Source: an uncultured Erysipelotrichaceae bacterium
GTDB lineage: Bacteria; Bacillota_I; Bacilli_A; RF39; UBA660
NCBI GenBank assembly: GCA_902783215.1
Contig: CACZQD010000038.1
Span: 1 to 37,796, forward strand
DNA: 37,796 nucleotides
Direction: 5' to 3'
In this document: positions 9,717-18,330 of the stretch, in pieces
Layout: each line of letters begins with the position of its first letter
Position numbering within the stretch: the stretch's first letter is position 1
The notes under the pieces: generated by a model
Seen by the model: the letters and a program-made list of their open reading frames with translations, nothing else
Databases searched by the model: none
Told to the model about the DNA's origin: nothing
Translations under genes and position numbers: made by a program

Positions 9717-10721
9717 ATGAACAATAAAAAAGGTTTTACGCTAATAGAATTATTAGCAGTAATAGTAATACTTGCAATATTAGCTTTAATAGCAGTACCA
9801 ATTACTATTAATATAATAAGTGATTCTAGAAAAAATGCTCAGAAAAGAAGCATTGAAAATTATGGAAAAGCAGTTGAAAGTGCATATGTTGAAGCAAAAA
9901 TGAATAGAGGAAATAGTGTTCCAAATACTATTTCAGAATTGGATAAAATAGTTCCTATAAAATTATCGGGTAAAAAAGTATTATGCGATGAAAAAATAAA
10001 TGTGACTGACAATGGTATTACGCTAACGAATTGTTACGTTGAAGATAATAAAGATGAATCTAAAAAATATGATTATGTTAATGGTAAAATTGTGGAGAAG
10101 GAAGAAACTAAGTATAAAGAATATAAGATAAATGATCAAATATATGATAAAACTAATGGTGAAGCTTACTGGGTAATAGCTAATAGTGATAGTAAACAAG
10201 ATTATGTGGTAGCGCTCAAAGCAGAACCTTTAACTTATGATGAAGTTAGTTCATATAATTCAGAACATGCAAAACATATAGGATATTGGGGGAATGAACA
10301 GGGAGCGTTAAATTATAATGGATATGCTTATATATCTTATTATGCAGGAGATGGTTGTTGGTCATCTGACCATAGTGGTAGTGCTGATATATTGTGTAAA
10401 TCAGATTATAATGAATCGGATATTAAAGATATTGTTAATTTATGGTATTCTAAAAATTTTGGATTAAATGATTTGAAAGAAGTAAATAACTACAAGGCAA
10501 GATTAATTACAAATGATGAGTATCAAAAAATTATAAATTATAATTGGAAATCTTCTTATAATGATATGAAGTTTTCATATTGGACAATGACTTCATATAC
10601 AAATAATCAAGTTTGGATTATTAAAAATGATGGTAATCTGAGTCACGTTGTAACGTATGAAGTAAGACCTTTGGCCTTTGTTCGCCCAGTTATAAACATC
10701 TATAAATCAGCTATAAAGTAG
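9717..10721 (+). CDS. prepilin-type (type IV pilin / pseudopilin-like) protein with a large C-terminal globular domain
   Basis: MNNKKG|FTLIELLAVIVILAILALIAVP is a class III signal peptide with Glu at +5. The start is set at ATG 9717. About 300 residues follow, ending in YWTMTS...VRPVINIYK. Confidence 0.8.
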   Translation: MNNKKGFTLIELLAVIVILAILALIAVPITINIISDSRKNAQKRSIENYGKAVESAYVEAKMNRGNSVPNTISELDKIVPIKLSGKKVLCDEKINVTDNGITLTNCYVEDNKDESKKYDYVNGKIVEKEETKYKEYKINDQIYDKTNGEAYWVIANSDSKQDYVVALKAEPLTYDEVSSYNSEHAKHIGYWGNEQGALNYNGYAYISYYAGDGCWSSDHSGSADILCKSDYNESDIKDIVNLWYSKNFGLNDLKEVNNYKARLITNDEYQKIINYNWKSSYNDMKFSYWTMTSYTNNQVWIIKNDGNLSHVVTYEVRPLAFVRPVINIYKSAIK

Positions 10722-10738
10722 ACTTTGGTCTACTTTTT
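10718..10738 (+). terminator. rho-independent terminator after the pilin-like gene
   Basis: GTAGAC-TTTG-GTCTAC followed by T5. It overlaps the TAG stop. Confidence 0.6.
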
Positions 10739-10794
10739 CTATTGATAATTAAATATAATTATAGTATAATTTATATTGTTCGAGAGGTGACTTC

Positions 10795-11850
10795 ATGATC
10801 GAAAGATTACAAAATATTGAAGTACGTTATGAAGAATTAACTAATGAACTGATGAAACCAGAGATTATTAGTGATATTAAAAAGACTTTAGAATTAACTA
10901 AAGAACAAGCATCACTTAAAGATGCATATGAAGCATATCAAACATATAAAGGAGTTGTTAATGATATAGAGGCAGCTTCTGAGATGGTTAAAGATCCAGA
11001 TATGGCTGAATTTGCTCGTGAAGAGTTAGAAAGTTTAAAAGAGAAAAAAAGCAAGTTAGAAAGTGATATTGAAATTCTTTTATTACCTAAAGATCCTAAC
11101 GATGAGAAAAATGTTATTGTTGAAATTCGTGGGGCTGCTGGTGGTGATGAAGCTAATATATTTGCTGGAGATTTATATCGTATGTACTCAAAATATGCAG
11201 AAAAGCAAGGATGGAATATTGAGGTTATTGAAGAAGAACACAATGATTCTGGTGGATATCCATTAGTTATATTTAGTTTAAAAGGGAATAGTGTTTATTC
11301 TAAACTTAAGTATGAAAGTGGTGCACATAGAGTTCAACGTGTACCAGTAACTGAAACTCAAGGTCGTGTACATACATCAACAGCTACCGTACTTGTTATG
11401 CCAGAGGCTGAAGAATTTGATTATGAGCTTGATATGAGTGAGGTTAGAATTGATATAACACGAGCATCAGGTAATGGTGGGCAAGGTGTTAATACAACTG
11501 ATAGTGCAGTTCGCCTAACGCATTTACCAACTGGAATAGTTGTTTATTCTCAAACTGAAAGATCGCAGATTAAAAACAAAGAAAAAGCTATTAAAATATT
11601 ACAAACAAGATTATACGATTTAAAACTTCGTGAAAAAGAAGAAAAAGAAGGAGTAGAACGCCGTAGTAAAATTGGTACTGGAGATCGTAGTGAAAAAATT
11701 CGTACTTATAATTATCCACAAAATAGAGTTACTGACCATCGTATCGGTTTTACGCTCAAACAGTTAGATCGTGTAATGGAAGGTAATTTAGATGAAATCA
11801 TCGAAGCTTTAATTACAGAAGATCAAAATAGAAAATTAAGAGGAGAATAA
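10795..11850 (+). CDS. prfA: peptide chain release factor 1
   Basis: The PVT tripeptide (RVPVTETQGRVHTS) is the RF1-type PxT motif. The GGQ motif is present (SGNGGQGVNTTDSAVRLTH). An upstream TTGATA-17-TATAAT promoter lies at about 10742-10770. Confidence 0.93.
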   Translation: MIERLQNIEVRYEELTNELMKPEIISDIKKTLELTKEQASLKDAYEAYQTYKGVVNDIEAASEMVKDPDMAEFAREELESLKEKKSKLESDIEILLLPKDPNDEKNVIVEIRGAAGGDEANIFAGDLYRMYSKYAEKQGWNIEVIEEEHNDSGGYPLVIFSLKGNSVYSKLKYESGAHRVQRVPVTETQGRVHTSTATVLVMPEAEEFDYELDMSEVRIDITRASGNGGQGVNTTDSAVRLTHLPTGIVVYSQTERSQIKNKEKAIKILQTRLYDLKLREKEEKEGVERRSKIGTGDRSEKIRTYNYPQNRVTDHRIGFTLKQLDRVMEGNLDEIIEALITEDQNRKLRGE

Positions 11851-11883
11851 CCTTTTAATTTTTGTTTTATGGAGGGGCTAATT

Positions 11884-12906
11884 ATGAAATATACAAAGAA
11901 AGATATTGAGCATAAATTAAATAGTATACAAGATGGTATTATTGATACTTATCAAGAATATGATAAATATAATTATATGACTATTCATATAATGCTTAAG
12001 TATTCTAGAGCTTGTGTCATTTCAAAACTTATGCTAAATAATGAGTCTGATAAAATTAAAGATTATTTAAGATATTATTCTAAAAATGATTTGTTAGATA
12101 TGATTATTTACTATTTATTTGATGATATTCCCTATAATTTTTTGATAAATTTAAAAGAGATTATGAATTATATGAAAAGTAATCCGGATTATAAACCTCA
12201 TAATCTTGATTTATATAAGCAAATACTGGAGTTTAATAGTTTAGATATTATTGATATAATAAATTTGTTCAATAAGTATAAAGATTTAGATTGCAGATCA
12301 TTATTTTACTATGATTTTCGTATAGCGCGTAATATAGCATATCATAGTATTAATCAGCACTTGTTAAATTTAGATGAAAAAATAACATATTTGAATGGTG
12401 AAGATTTTTATTTGTGTATTCATTCATCAAATAGTTATGTTTGGGATAATAAAGCTAAAGTGGTTTCTTTAAGTTTAATTAGTCATGATAATACGTCGTG
12501 CTATGACAAGAAACATCGAAAATTTATATATGGATTTTCAAAACTAAAAATAGATCATATTATTCATTTATATCCAGCTGATTCATATAGTAGTTATACA
12601 TATGGAACAGATAAAATTCAAAGGGTTTTGGAACCAAAAGATTTAATGAAAGAAACTGGTGGTCATAATGAAATATTTTATAAATTAGATCCACAGATTA
12701 AACCTGATTTGATGGTGTGCTACGACGTTGCAACTGAAGAAATGCTTCAAATAGCTAAAGATAATAATTTAAAAATTGTTATTATTAATACTAAGCATTA
12801 TAAACAAAAAGAAGGTAAAGAAAAAGTATTAATTAATACTTATATTACAGAAGATAAATATAGAAAATTATCTAATTATGAATTGTTGGATAATTTAAAG
12901 AGGTAA
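11884..12906 (+). CDS. hypothetical protein (about 340 aa), no domain recognised
   Basis: Long uninterrupted ORF with GGAGG 8 nt upstream of ATG 11884. It is wedged between prfA and prmC with no terminator on either side. Confidence 0.55.
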   Translation: MKYTKKDIEHKLNSIQDGIIDTYQEYDKYNYMTIHIMLKYSRACVISKLMLNNESDKIKDYLRYYSKNDLLDMIIYYLFDDIPYNFLINLKEIMNYMKSNPDYKPHNLDLYKQILEFNSLDIIDIINLFNKYKDLDCRSLFYYDFRIARNIAYHSINQHLLNLDEKITYLNGEDFYLCIHSSNSYVWDNKAKVVSLSLISHDNTSCYDKKHRKFIYGFSKLKIDHIIHLYPADSYSSYTYGTDKIQRVLEPKDLMKETGGHNEIFYKLDPQIKPDLMVCYDVATEEMLQIAKDNNLKIVIINTKHYKQKEGKEKVLINTYITEDKYRKLSNYELLDNLKR

Positions 12907-12908
12907 TT

Positions 12909-13625
12909 ATGACAGATATTGAATATTTAAAAAAGTATTATAAAGGTAATATTAATGATGCAATTAAATTATATAATAAAGGTATGCCTGTTCAATATAT
13001 TGTTGGTGAAGTAGATTTTTATGGATATGTTTTTAAAGTTAATGAAAATGTTTTAATACCTCGATTTGAAACTGAACAATTAGTTGAATATACGATAAAT
13101 TATGCTTATAAAATGTTTGATGAAAAGATAGATATTGTTGATTTAGGATGTGGTAGTGGTTGTATAGCTATTACTTTAAAAAAGAAATTAGATTGTAATA
13201 TGAGTGCGGTTGATATTTCAAGTAAAGCTTTAGAAGTTGCTTTAGATAATGCAAAGATTAATGATGTATCGATTGATTTTTATCAAGGCGATATGTTAAA
13301 ACCTTTAAATAAAAAGTATGATATTATAATTTCTAATCCACCATATATCGCATATAACGAAAAAATTATGGATGTTGTTAAAGATAATGAACCTTCTTTA
13401 GCTTTATATGCAGAAAATGATGGTTTATATTATTATGAAGAAATATTAAAGAATTGTTATAACTATTTAAAAGATAAGTTTTTAATATCTTTTGAAATAG
13501 GACAAACGCAAGCGGAAAAGATAAAAGAATTTGCTTTAAAATATTTAGATCATATAGAGGTAATTATTAAAAAAGATTTACAAGGATTAGATCGTTTTAT
13601 ATTTATAAGGAGTAAAAATGACTAA
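12909..13625 (+). CDS. prmC: release factor glutamine N5-methyltransferase PrmC (HemK)
   Basis: VLIPRFETEQLV, the SAM motif DLGCGSGCIAI and the catalytic NPPY (ISNPPYI) are present. Linkage to prfA supports the call. Confidence 0.88.
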   Translation: MTDIEYLKKYYKGNINDAIKLYNKGMPVQYIVGEVDFYGYVFKVNENVLIPRFETEQLVEYTINYAYKMFDEKIDIVDLGCGSGCIAITLKKKLDCNMSAVDISSKALEVALDNAKINDVSIDFYQGDMLKPLNKKYDIIISNPPYIAYNEKIMDVVKDNEPSLALYAENDGLYYYEEILKNCYNYLKDKFLISFEIGQTQAEKIKEFALKYLDHIEVIIKKDLQGLDRFIFIRSKND

Positions 13626-14262
13626 AGAAGAAATAAATAAAATTGATAATTGGAAATATGAAAAAGAATTATATAATCAAGGCATAAAATATATTGGTGG
13701 GGTAGATGAAGTAGGGCGTGGTCCTTTAATCGGACCAGTTGTAGCTGCTTGTTGTGTTCTTCCTTCTGATTTTAAATTAGATGGCTTAACTGATTCTAAA
13801 AAAATTAGCGAGAAAAAAAGAGAAGAGTATTATGAATATATAATAAATCATTGTCTTGCTTATGGAATAGGCAAATGTAGTCCAGAAGAAATAGATGAAA
13901 TGAATATCTATGAAGCCAGTAGACAAGCAATGATACGAGCTATTAATGAGGTAAAGAAAAAAATAGATTTAGAATATTTATTAATAGATGCAATGCCTAT
14001 AGATATAGATATTCCTAGTATATCAATTATTAAAGGGGATTTAAAAAGTATTAGTATTTCAGCTGCATCTGTAATAGCTAAAGTATATCGTGATCATTTA
14101 ATGATTGAGTTAGATAAAAAATATCCAATGTATGGATTTAAAGGACATAAAGGTTATCCTACTAGAAAACACTATGATGCTTTAAATAAATATGGATTAA
14201 TTGATGGATATAGAAAAACTTATAAACCAGTAATGCAGATTATGAAAGGGGAAAAATTATGA
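13618..14262 (+). CDS. rnhB: ribonuclease HII
   Basis: GGVDEVGRGPLIGPVVAA, DSKK and ASVIAKVYRD are RNase HII motifs. The start overlaps the prmC end and the stop is TGA within ATGA. Confidence 0.9.
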   Translation: MTKEEINKIDNWKYEKELYNQGIKYIGGVDEVGRGPLIGPVVAACCVLPSDFKLDGLTDSKKISEKKREEYYEYIINHCLAYGIGKCSPEEIDEMNIYEASRQAMIRAINEVKKKIDLEYLLIDAMPIDIDIPSISIIKGDLKSISISAASVIAKVYRDHLMIELDKKYPMYGFKGHKGYPTRKHYDALNKYGLIDGYRKTYKPVMQIMKGEKL

Positions 14263-15173
14263 AACTATTAATTAGTCATATAGCTGATTTAGATGGAATT
14301 AGTCCAGTGATACTTTTAAATATATTAAAAATAGATTTTGAATATGAACTATTTGATATTGGGCAAATAAATGATTTTATTAATGAAAGAATAGATACTA
14401 ATTATTTTGATAAATATGAAGATATTTATATTACTGATTTAAGTGTGAATAAAGAAATTGCTAATAAAATAATTAATAGTAAATACAAAGATAAATTTAA
14501 ATTATTTGATCATCATGCATCAGCTGATTGGTTAAATGAATATGAATTTGCAATTGTAAAAGAAGATATTAATGGTTTTATGGAATGTGGTACTACTTTG
14601 TTTTATAAGTATTTGGTAAATAATTATGATGATTCTATATTAAAAAGCGATTGTGTGATTACATATGTAGAACTTGTTCGAGAATGTGATACTTGGCAAT
14701 TTACTGAACTAAAAAATGATGCTGATAATGTAAATAATTTGTTAGGTTTTTATGGAAATGAAGAATTCATTGATACATTTACTGAAAAACTAATTAATCA
14801 AAAAAACTTTTATTTTGATAAATCAGAATTGAAAATAATTACAATTTTAAATCGTAATAAACAATTATATTTAGAGTCATTAAAAGATAAAGTAATTATA
14901 AAAAAGGTAGATAATTATAATATTGGAATAGTATTTGCTGAACTATATCGTAGTTCACTTGGTAATTATTTAGCTAAGTTATATCAAAGTAAGGTAGATT
15001 TTATAGCTATTATTAATATGAATAGACATATTAGTTTTAGAGGAATCAAAGATATTGAAATAAATAAATTTGCTGAGAAATTTGGTGGTGGAGGTCATCC
15101 TAAAGCTTGTGCGATGCCACTACCTGATAATATAAAAGATATAATAATAAAGGAGATATTTAATTGCGAATAG
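14259..15173 (+). CDS. DHH/DHHA1-family phosphoesterase (NrnA-like)
   Basis: SHIADLDG (DxD), FDHHASA (DHH) and FGGGGHPKACA (DHHA1 GGGH) appear in the canonical order. Confidence 0.75.
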   Translation: MKLLISHIADLDGISPVILLNILKIDFEYELFDIGQINDFINERIDTNYFDKYEDIYITDLSVNKEIANKIINSKYKDKFKLFDHHASADWLNEYEFAIVKEDINGFMECGTTLFYKYLVNNYDDSILKSDCVITYVELVRECDTWQFTELKNDADNVNNLLGFYGNEEFIDTFTEKLINQKNFYFDKSELKIITILNRNKQLYLESLKDKVIIKKVDNYNIGIVFAELYRSSLGNYLAKLYQSKVDFIAIINMNRHISFRGIKDIEINKFAEKFGGGGHPKACAMPLPDNIKDIIIKEIFNCE

Positions 15174-15664
15174 AAATAGTTAAGGTTGGATATTTAGAAA
15201 CTAATTGCTATATTTTGAGTATTGATAATAAAGTATTAGTTATCGATCCAGGAGATGAAATAGATAAAATAAAAGGTGTTATTAAAAATAGAGAGGTTAT
15301 CGGTTGTATAATAACACATTATCATTTTGATCATATTGGCGCATTAAAATATTTTGATAAAGTATATGATATTAATAATTTAACGGAAGGAATAAATGTT
15401 ATCGGACCATTTACTTTTGAAGTAATATATACACCTGGACATAAAGAAGATTGTATATCTATTTATTTTAAAGATGAAAAAATTATGTTTGTCGGAGATT
15501 TTATCTTTAAAGATGGTATAGGTAGAACTGATTTAAATGATGGAGATATTTATCAAATGATTAATAGTTTGAAAAAGATAAGTAAATATGACCATGATAT
15601 TATTATATATCCTGGACATGGAGATAAAACTATTTTAGGTTTAGAATTAGATAAGTATAGGTGA
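15164..15664 (+). CDS. small MBL-fold metallo-hydrolase
   Basis: ITHYHFDHIG (HxHxDH), TPGH and GDFIF...GRTD...PGHG are present. The TTG start follows AGGAG and the stop is TGA. Confidence 0.75.
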   Translation: MRIEIVKVGYLETNCYILSIDNKVLVIDPGDEIDKIKGVIKNREVIGCIITHYHFDHIGALKYFDKVYDINNLTEGINVIGPFTFEVIYTPGHKEDCISIYFKDEKIMFVGDFIFKDGIGRTDLNDGDIYQMINSLKKISKYDHDIIIYPGHGDKTILGLELDKYR

Positions 15665-15669
15665 GAATT

Positions 15670-16266
15670 ATGAGTAAAGAAATTGAAAGAAAATTTTTAG
15701 TAAAATACATACCAGAAAATTTAATTATTGATAAGATTATAGATATAGAACAAATGCATATATATAAAGATGTTAAATCATCAATTAGAATTAGAAAAAT
15801 TGATTATTTATATCCGGATAATAAAAGAGAATATATTTATACTCTAAAAGTTCATAATAAATATGACCATGAATTAATAGTTAGCAAAGATGAATATGAA
15901 TATCAAATAAAAGAAGAAGAATATAAAATACTAAAAGAACAGAGAATAAATAGTGTTATCCCTAAAACAAGAGTATTTGTATCATTAGATAATGGTCTAG
16001 AAGCAGAAATAGATTTATATCATGGTTATCTTGAAGGATTTATGACTTTGGAAATAGAATTTCCTAGTACCGATATAGCAAGTGGTTATAACGTTGATGA
16101 TTGGATAGGTGAAGAAATAGGATATAAAGACTATTCTAATCGTATGCTAGCGAATATGACAAGAGAAGACATAGTTAATGCTTTAACACAATCTAAATTT
16201 AATAAAATATCAGAATTGACATATCAATTAAATAAATACATCACAAAACACTACCTAGATAAGTAG
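15670..16266 (+). CDS. CYTH-domain protein (triphosphate tunnel metalloenzyme family)
   Basis: N-terminal EIERKFLV (the ExExK signature) and later acidic/basic beta-strand pairs (RIRK, LEAEIDLY, TLEIEF). The start is set at ATG 15670. Confidence 0.7.
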   Translation: MSKEIERKFLVKYIPENLIIDKIIDIEQMHIYKDVKSSIRIRKIDYLYPDNKREYIYTLKVHNKYDHELIVSKDEYEYQIKEEEYKILKEQRINSVIPKTRVFVSLDNGLEAEIDLYHGYLEGFMTLEIEFPSTDIASGYNVDDWIGEEIGYKDYSNRMLANMTREDIVNALTQSKFNKISELTYQLNKYITKHYLDK

Positions 16267-16298
16267 TGTTTTTTATAAAAAATATTAATATATATATC

Positions 16299-16766
16299 TT
16301 ATTTAAAAATAGATAATGTTTTCGGACCATTAATAGATTTTCTTTTACTTAAATATGTTTCTGCTTGAGTATTTATTTCATTTAAGTAGATAATGTTATT
16401 TAATATCTTATTAACTTTTTTATTTGATAGATTTTGTTTATACTTTAAAAATGTTTTGTATTTAACTGGGCTAATTCCTACTAATTTATGAAACATTTCA
16501 CTATAGTATTCTTGTGAATAAAACCCATTATCTAAGGCAATTTTTAATATGGAATCTTTAGTTATCTGTAACTGCTTTAAACTATTAAATATTCTTTTAT
16601 AATTAATATAATTAATGATTGATATATTTAGTTCTTTTTTAAATAATTTCATTATATAGTATCTATTGAAATGAAATTCATTTACTAAATTATCAATTGT
16701 TATTTTTTTATTAATGTTTTTATCTATGTATTTAATTATATCACATACAGTATCATTTGAATACAT
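16299..16766 (-). CDS. AraC/XylS-family HTH transcriptional regulator (DNA-binding domain plus a short tail)
   Basis: ITIDNLVNEFHFNRYYIMKLFKKELNISIINYINYKRI...IALDNGFYSQEYYSEMFHKLVGISPVKYK is the double HTH of AraC proteins. The start is set at ATG 16766 after GGTGAG, because the TTG at 16793 lies inside a TGgTATAAT promoter. Confidence 0.75.
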   Translation of the reverse strand: MYSNDTVCDIIKYIDKNINKKITIDNLVNEFHFNRYYIMKLFKKELNISIINYINYKRIFNSLKQLQITKDSILKIALDNGFYSQEYYSEMFHKLVGISPVKYKTFLKYKQNLSNKKVNKILNNIIYLNEINTQAETYLSKRKSINGPKTLSIFK

Positions 16767-16781
16767 TTTCTCACCAATTAA

Positions 16782-16827
16782 ATTATACCACAATTGTTTA
16801 AATTAATCAAAATTATATGTGTATAAT
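16782..16827. promoter_or_regulatory. divergent promoter region between the AraC gene and the T4CP-like gene
   Basis: The minus strand has TTGATT (16810-16805), 17 nt, then TGgTATAAT (-10 at 16787-16782). The plus strand has TATAAT at 16822-16827. Confidence 0.5.
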
Positions 16828-16849
16828 GTTAAGTGAAGGGAGGAATAAT

Positions 16850-18091
16850 ATGTATTATTCAAGATGGGCTGAAGAAGCTGAGATAAAAGAAAACTGTACT
16901 TTAAATGGTTCAGGTATACCAGTGATATATGATAATAAAGATATCTATTGTTTAGATCATACTTATCATAATTTGGTTATTGGAAGTGAGGGAAGTGGTA
17001 AAACACAAGTTACTATTTTACCTTTAATTAAAAATTCTATTAAAGACAGACATTCAATTATTATTAATGATGTAAAAGGTGATTTATTCAAAACTACAAA
17101 GGATTTATTTGAAAGTAATGGATATAGTGTGATTAGTATCAATTATCAAAATCCTAGTTCAGGTAATAGTTTTAATCCATTAGATGTTCCATATAAACTA
17201 TACAAGGATAATAATGATAAAGCTTTAAAAATGGTTGAGGAAGTTGGTTATTATTTATTAAATGAAGGTAAAATTAATGGAGATCCATTTTGGGAGAATA
17301 CTGCTATTGATTATTTTACTGGTCTTACTTTGTATTTGTTTGAACAAGGAGATATATCTAATATTAATATAAGTGGTGTTTATAATTTATCAAATGAAAT
17401 TAATGAAAATCGTAAAGAATTTTTAGGTAAACTAGACAAAAAATCTAATATTTATGCTTATTTAGTATCTACTCTACAAGCTCCACCAGAAACATACGGC
17501 AGTATATTATCAGTATTTCACCAAAAAATTAGGAAATATATTGTTGGTGATAATTTAAAAGACATGCTAGAAAAAAGTAATTTCGATATGATGAATATTG
17601 TAAATAAAAAACAAGTTATCTTTGTTATAAGTGGTACTAGTAATTATAGTGATCATTTAGTCCCACTAGTATTTAGCCAAGCATATAGTATTAAAGAGTG
17701 CAACAGTGATAGTAAACAATTTATTAATATGATTATTGATGATTTTGATTTGCTTATTCCTATGAAAAATATAATTAAGATACTAAATTATGCTCGTAGT
17801 ATTGGTGTAAATTATACAGTAACTGTTAAAAATTTTACTAATTTAATTAATCTGTATGGTAAAGAAACTTTTGAAATGATGAAATTATGCTTTTCTAACT
17901 TAATTTATTTAATTAGTAATGATATTGATACATTAAAACAAATTAGTGATTATTGTGGTAATATAGATAAAGATAATAAGCTAATTACAGTTGATGAACT
18001 AAGAAGATTAAAGTCATTTGAAGCTGTTATTTTAGTTGTTAGATGTATGCCATATCGTGTTAATCTAGTTCCAGATTATAAGATTAATTAA
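16850..18091 (+). CDS. VirD4/TraG-like type IV secretion coupling protein (T4CP) ATPase lacking the N-terminal TM domain
   Basis: Walker A VIGSEGSGKTQVTILP, DVKGDL, FNPLD, GDPFWENTAIDYFTGL (the T4CP FW...A motif), Walker B-like MIIDDFDLL and YARSIGVNYTV are present. GGGAGG precedes ATG 16850. Confidence 0.65.
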   Translation: MYYSRWAEEAEIKENCTLNGSGIPVIYDNKDIYCLDHTYHNLVIGSEGSGKTQVTILPLIKNSIKDRHSIIINDVKGDLFKTTKDLFESNGYSVISINYQNPSSGNSFNPLDVPYKLYKDNNDKALKMVEEVGYYLLNEGKINGDPFWENTAIDYFTGLTLYLFEQGDISNINISGVYNLSNEINENRKEFLGKLDKKSNIYAYLVSTLQAPPETYGSILSVFHQKIRKYIVGDNLKDMLEKSNFDMMNIVNKKQVIFVISGTSNYSDHLVPLVFSQAYSIKECNSDSKQFINMIIDDFDLLIPMKNIIKILNYARSIGVNYTVTVKNFTNLINLYGKETFEMMKLCFSNLIYLISNDIDTLKQISDYCGNIDKDNKLITVDELRRLKSFEAVILVVRCMPYRVNLVPDYKIN

Positions 18092-18116
18092 TAAATATAT
18101 TAAAGGGGGTTATAAA

Positions 18117-18266
18117 ATGAAAAAAAGATTAGAAGTGTATCGTTTTTTAAGAAGAGAATTACTTAAAATACAACTTAGTAATCAAACAGAAGAACAATTT
18201 CGTCCAGCTATTCAAGGTAAACCTAAGGTAAAGAAATTAGGTGTTTGGAAAAAGTTACCAAGATAA
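18117..18266 (+). CDS. 49-aa highly basic small protein (not in the supplied ORF track)
   Basis: MKKRLEVYRFLRRELLKIQLSNQTEEQFRPAIQGKPKVKKLGVWKKLPR. A strong SD (AAGGGGGT) lies 7 nt upstream, and the ORF starts 25 nt after the T4CP stop. Confidence 0.45.
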   Translation: MKKRLEVYRFLRRELLKIQLSNQTEEQFRPAIQGKPKVKKLGVWKKLPR

Positions 18267-18330
18267 TTGGTAATTTTTTTTGTATTCAAGTGATAAATGT
18301 GCTAAAATATTTATTCAAGAGGCAGATAAT

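Noticed and set aside
11063-11266. Out-of-frame same-strand ORFs inside prfA (11063-11266) and pheS (19798-19995)
   Set aside because: They are embedded in highly conserved genes in an alternative frame, with no translation signals.
10795-11850. GGQ motif context GGQGVN in RF1 (rather than GGQHVN), considered as a sign of altered termination linked to the TGA observation
   Set aside because: The residue after GGQ varies among low-GC Firmicutes and Mollicutes as far as I recall. RF1 does not read UGA in any case, so it is not informative.
16267-16298. AT-only palindrome (TTTTTATAAAAA) between the convergent CYTH and AraC genes, considered as a terminator
   Set aside because: The stem consists solely of A-T pairs and is too weak to call with any confidence.
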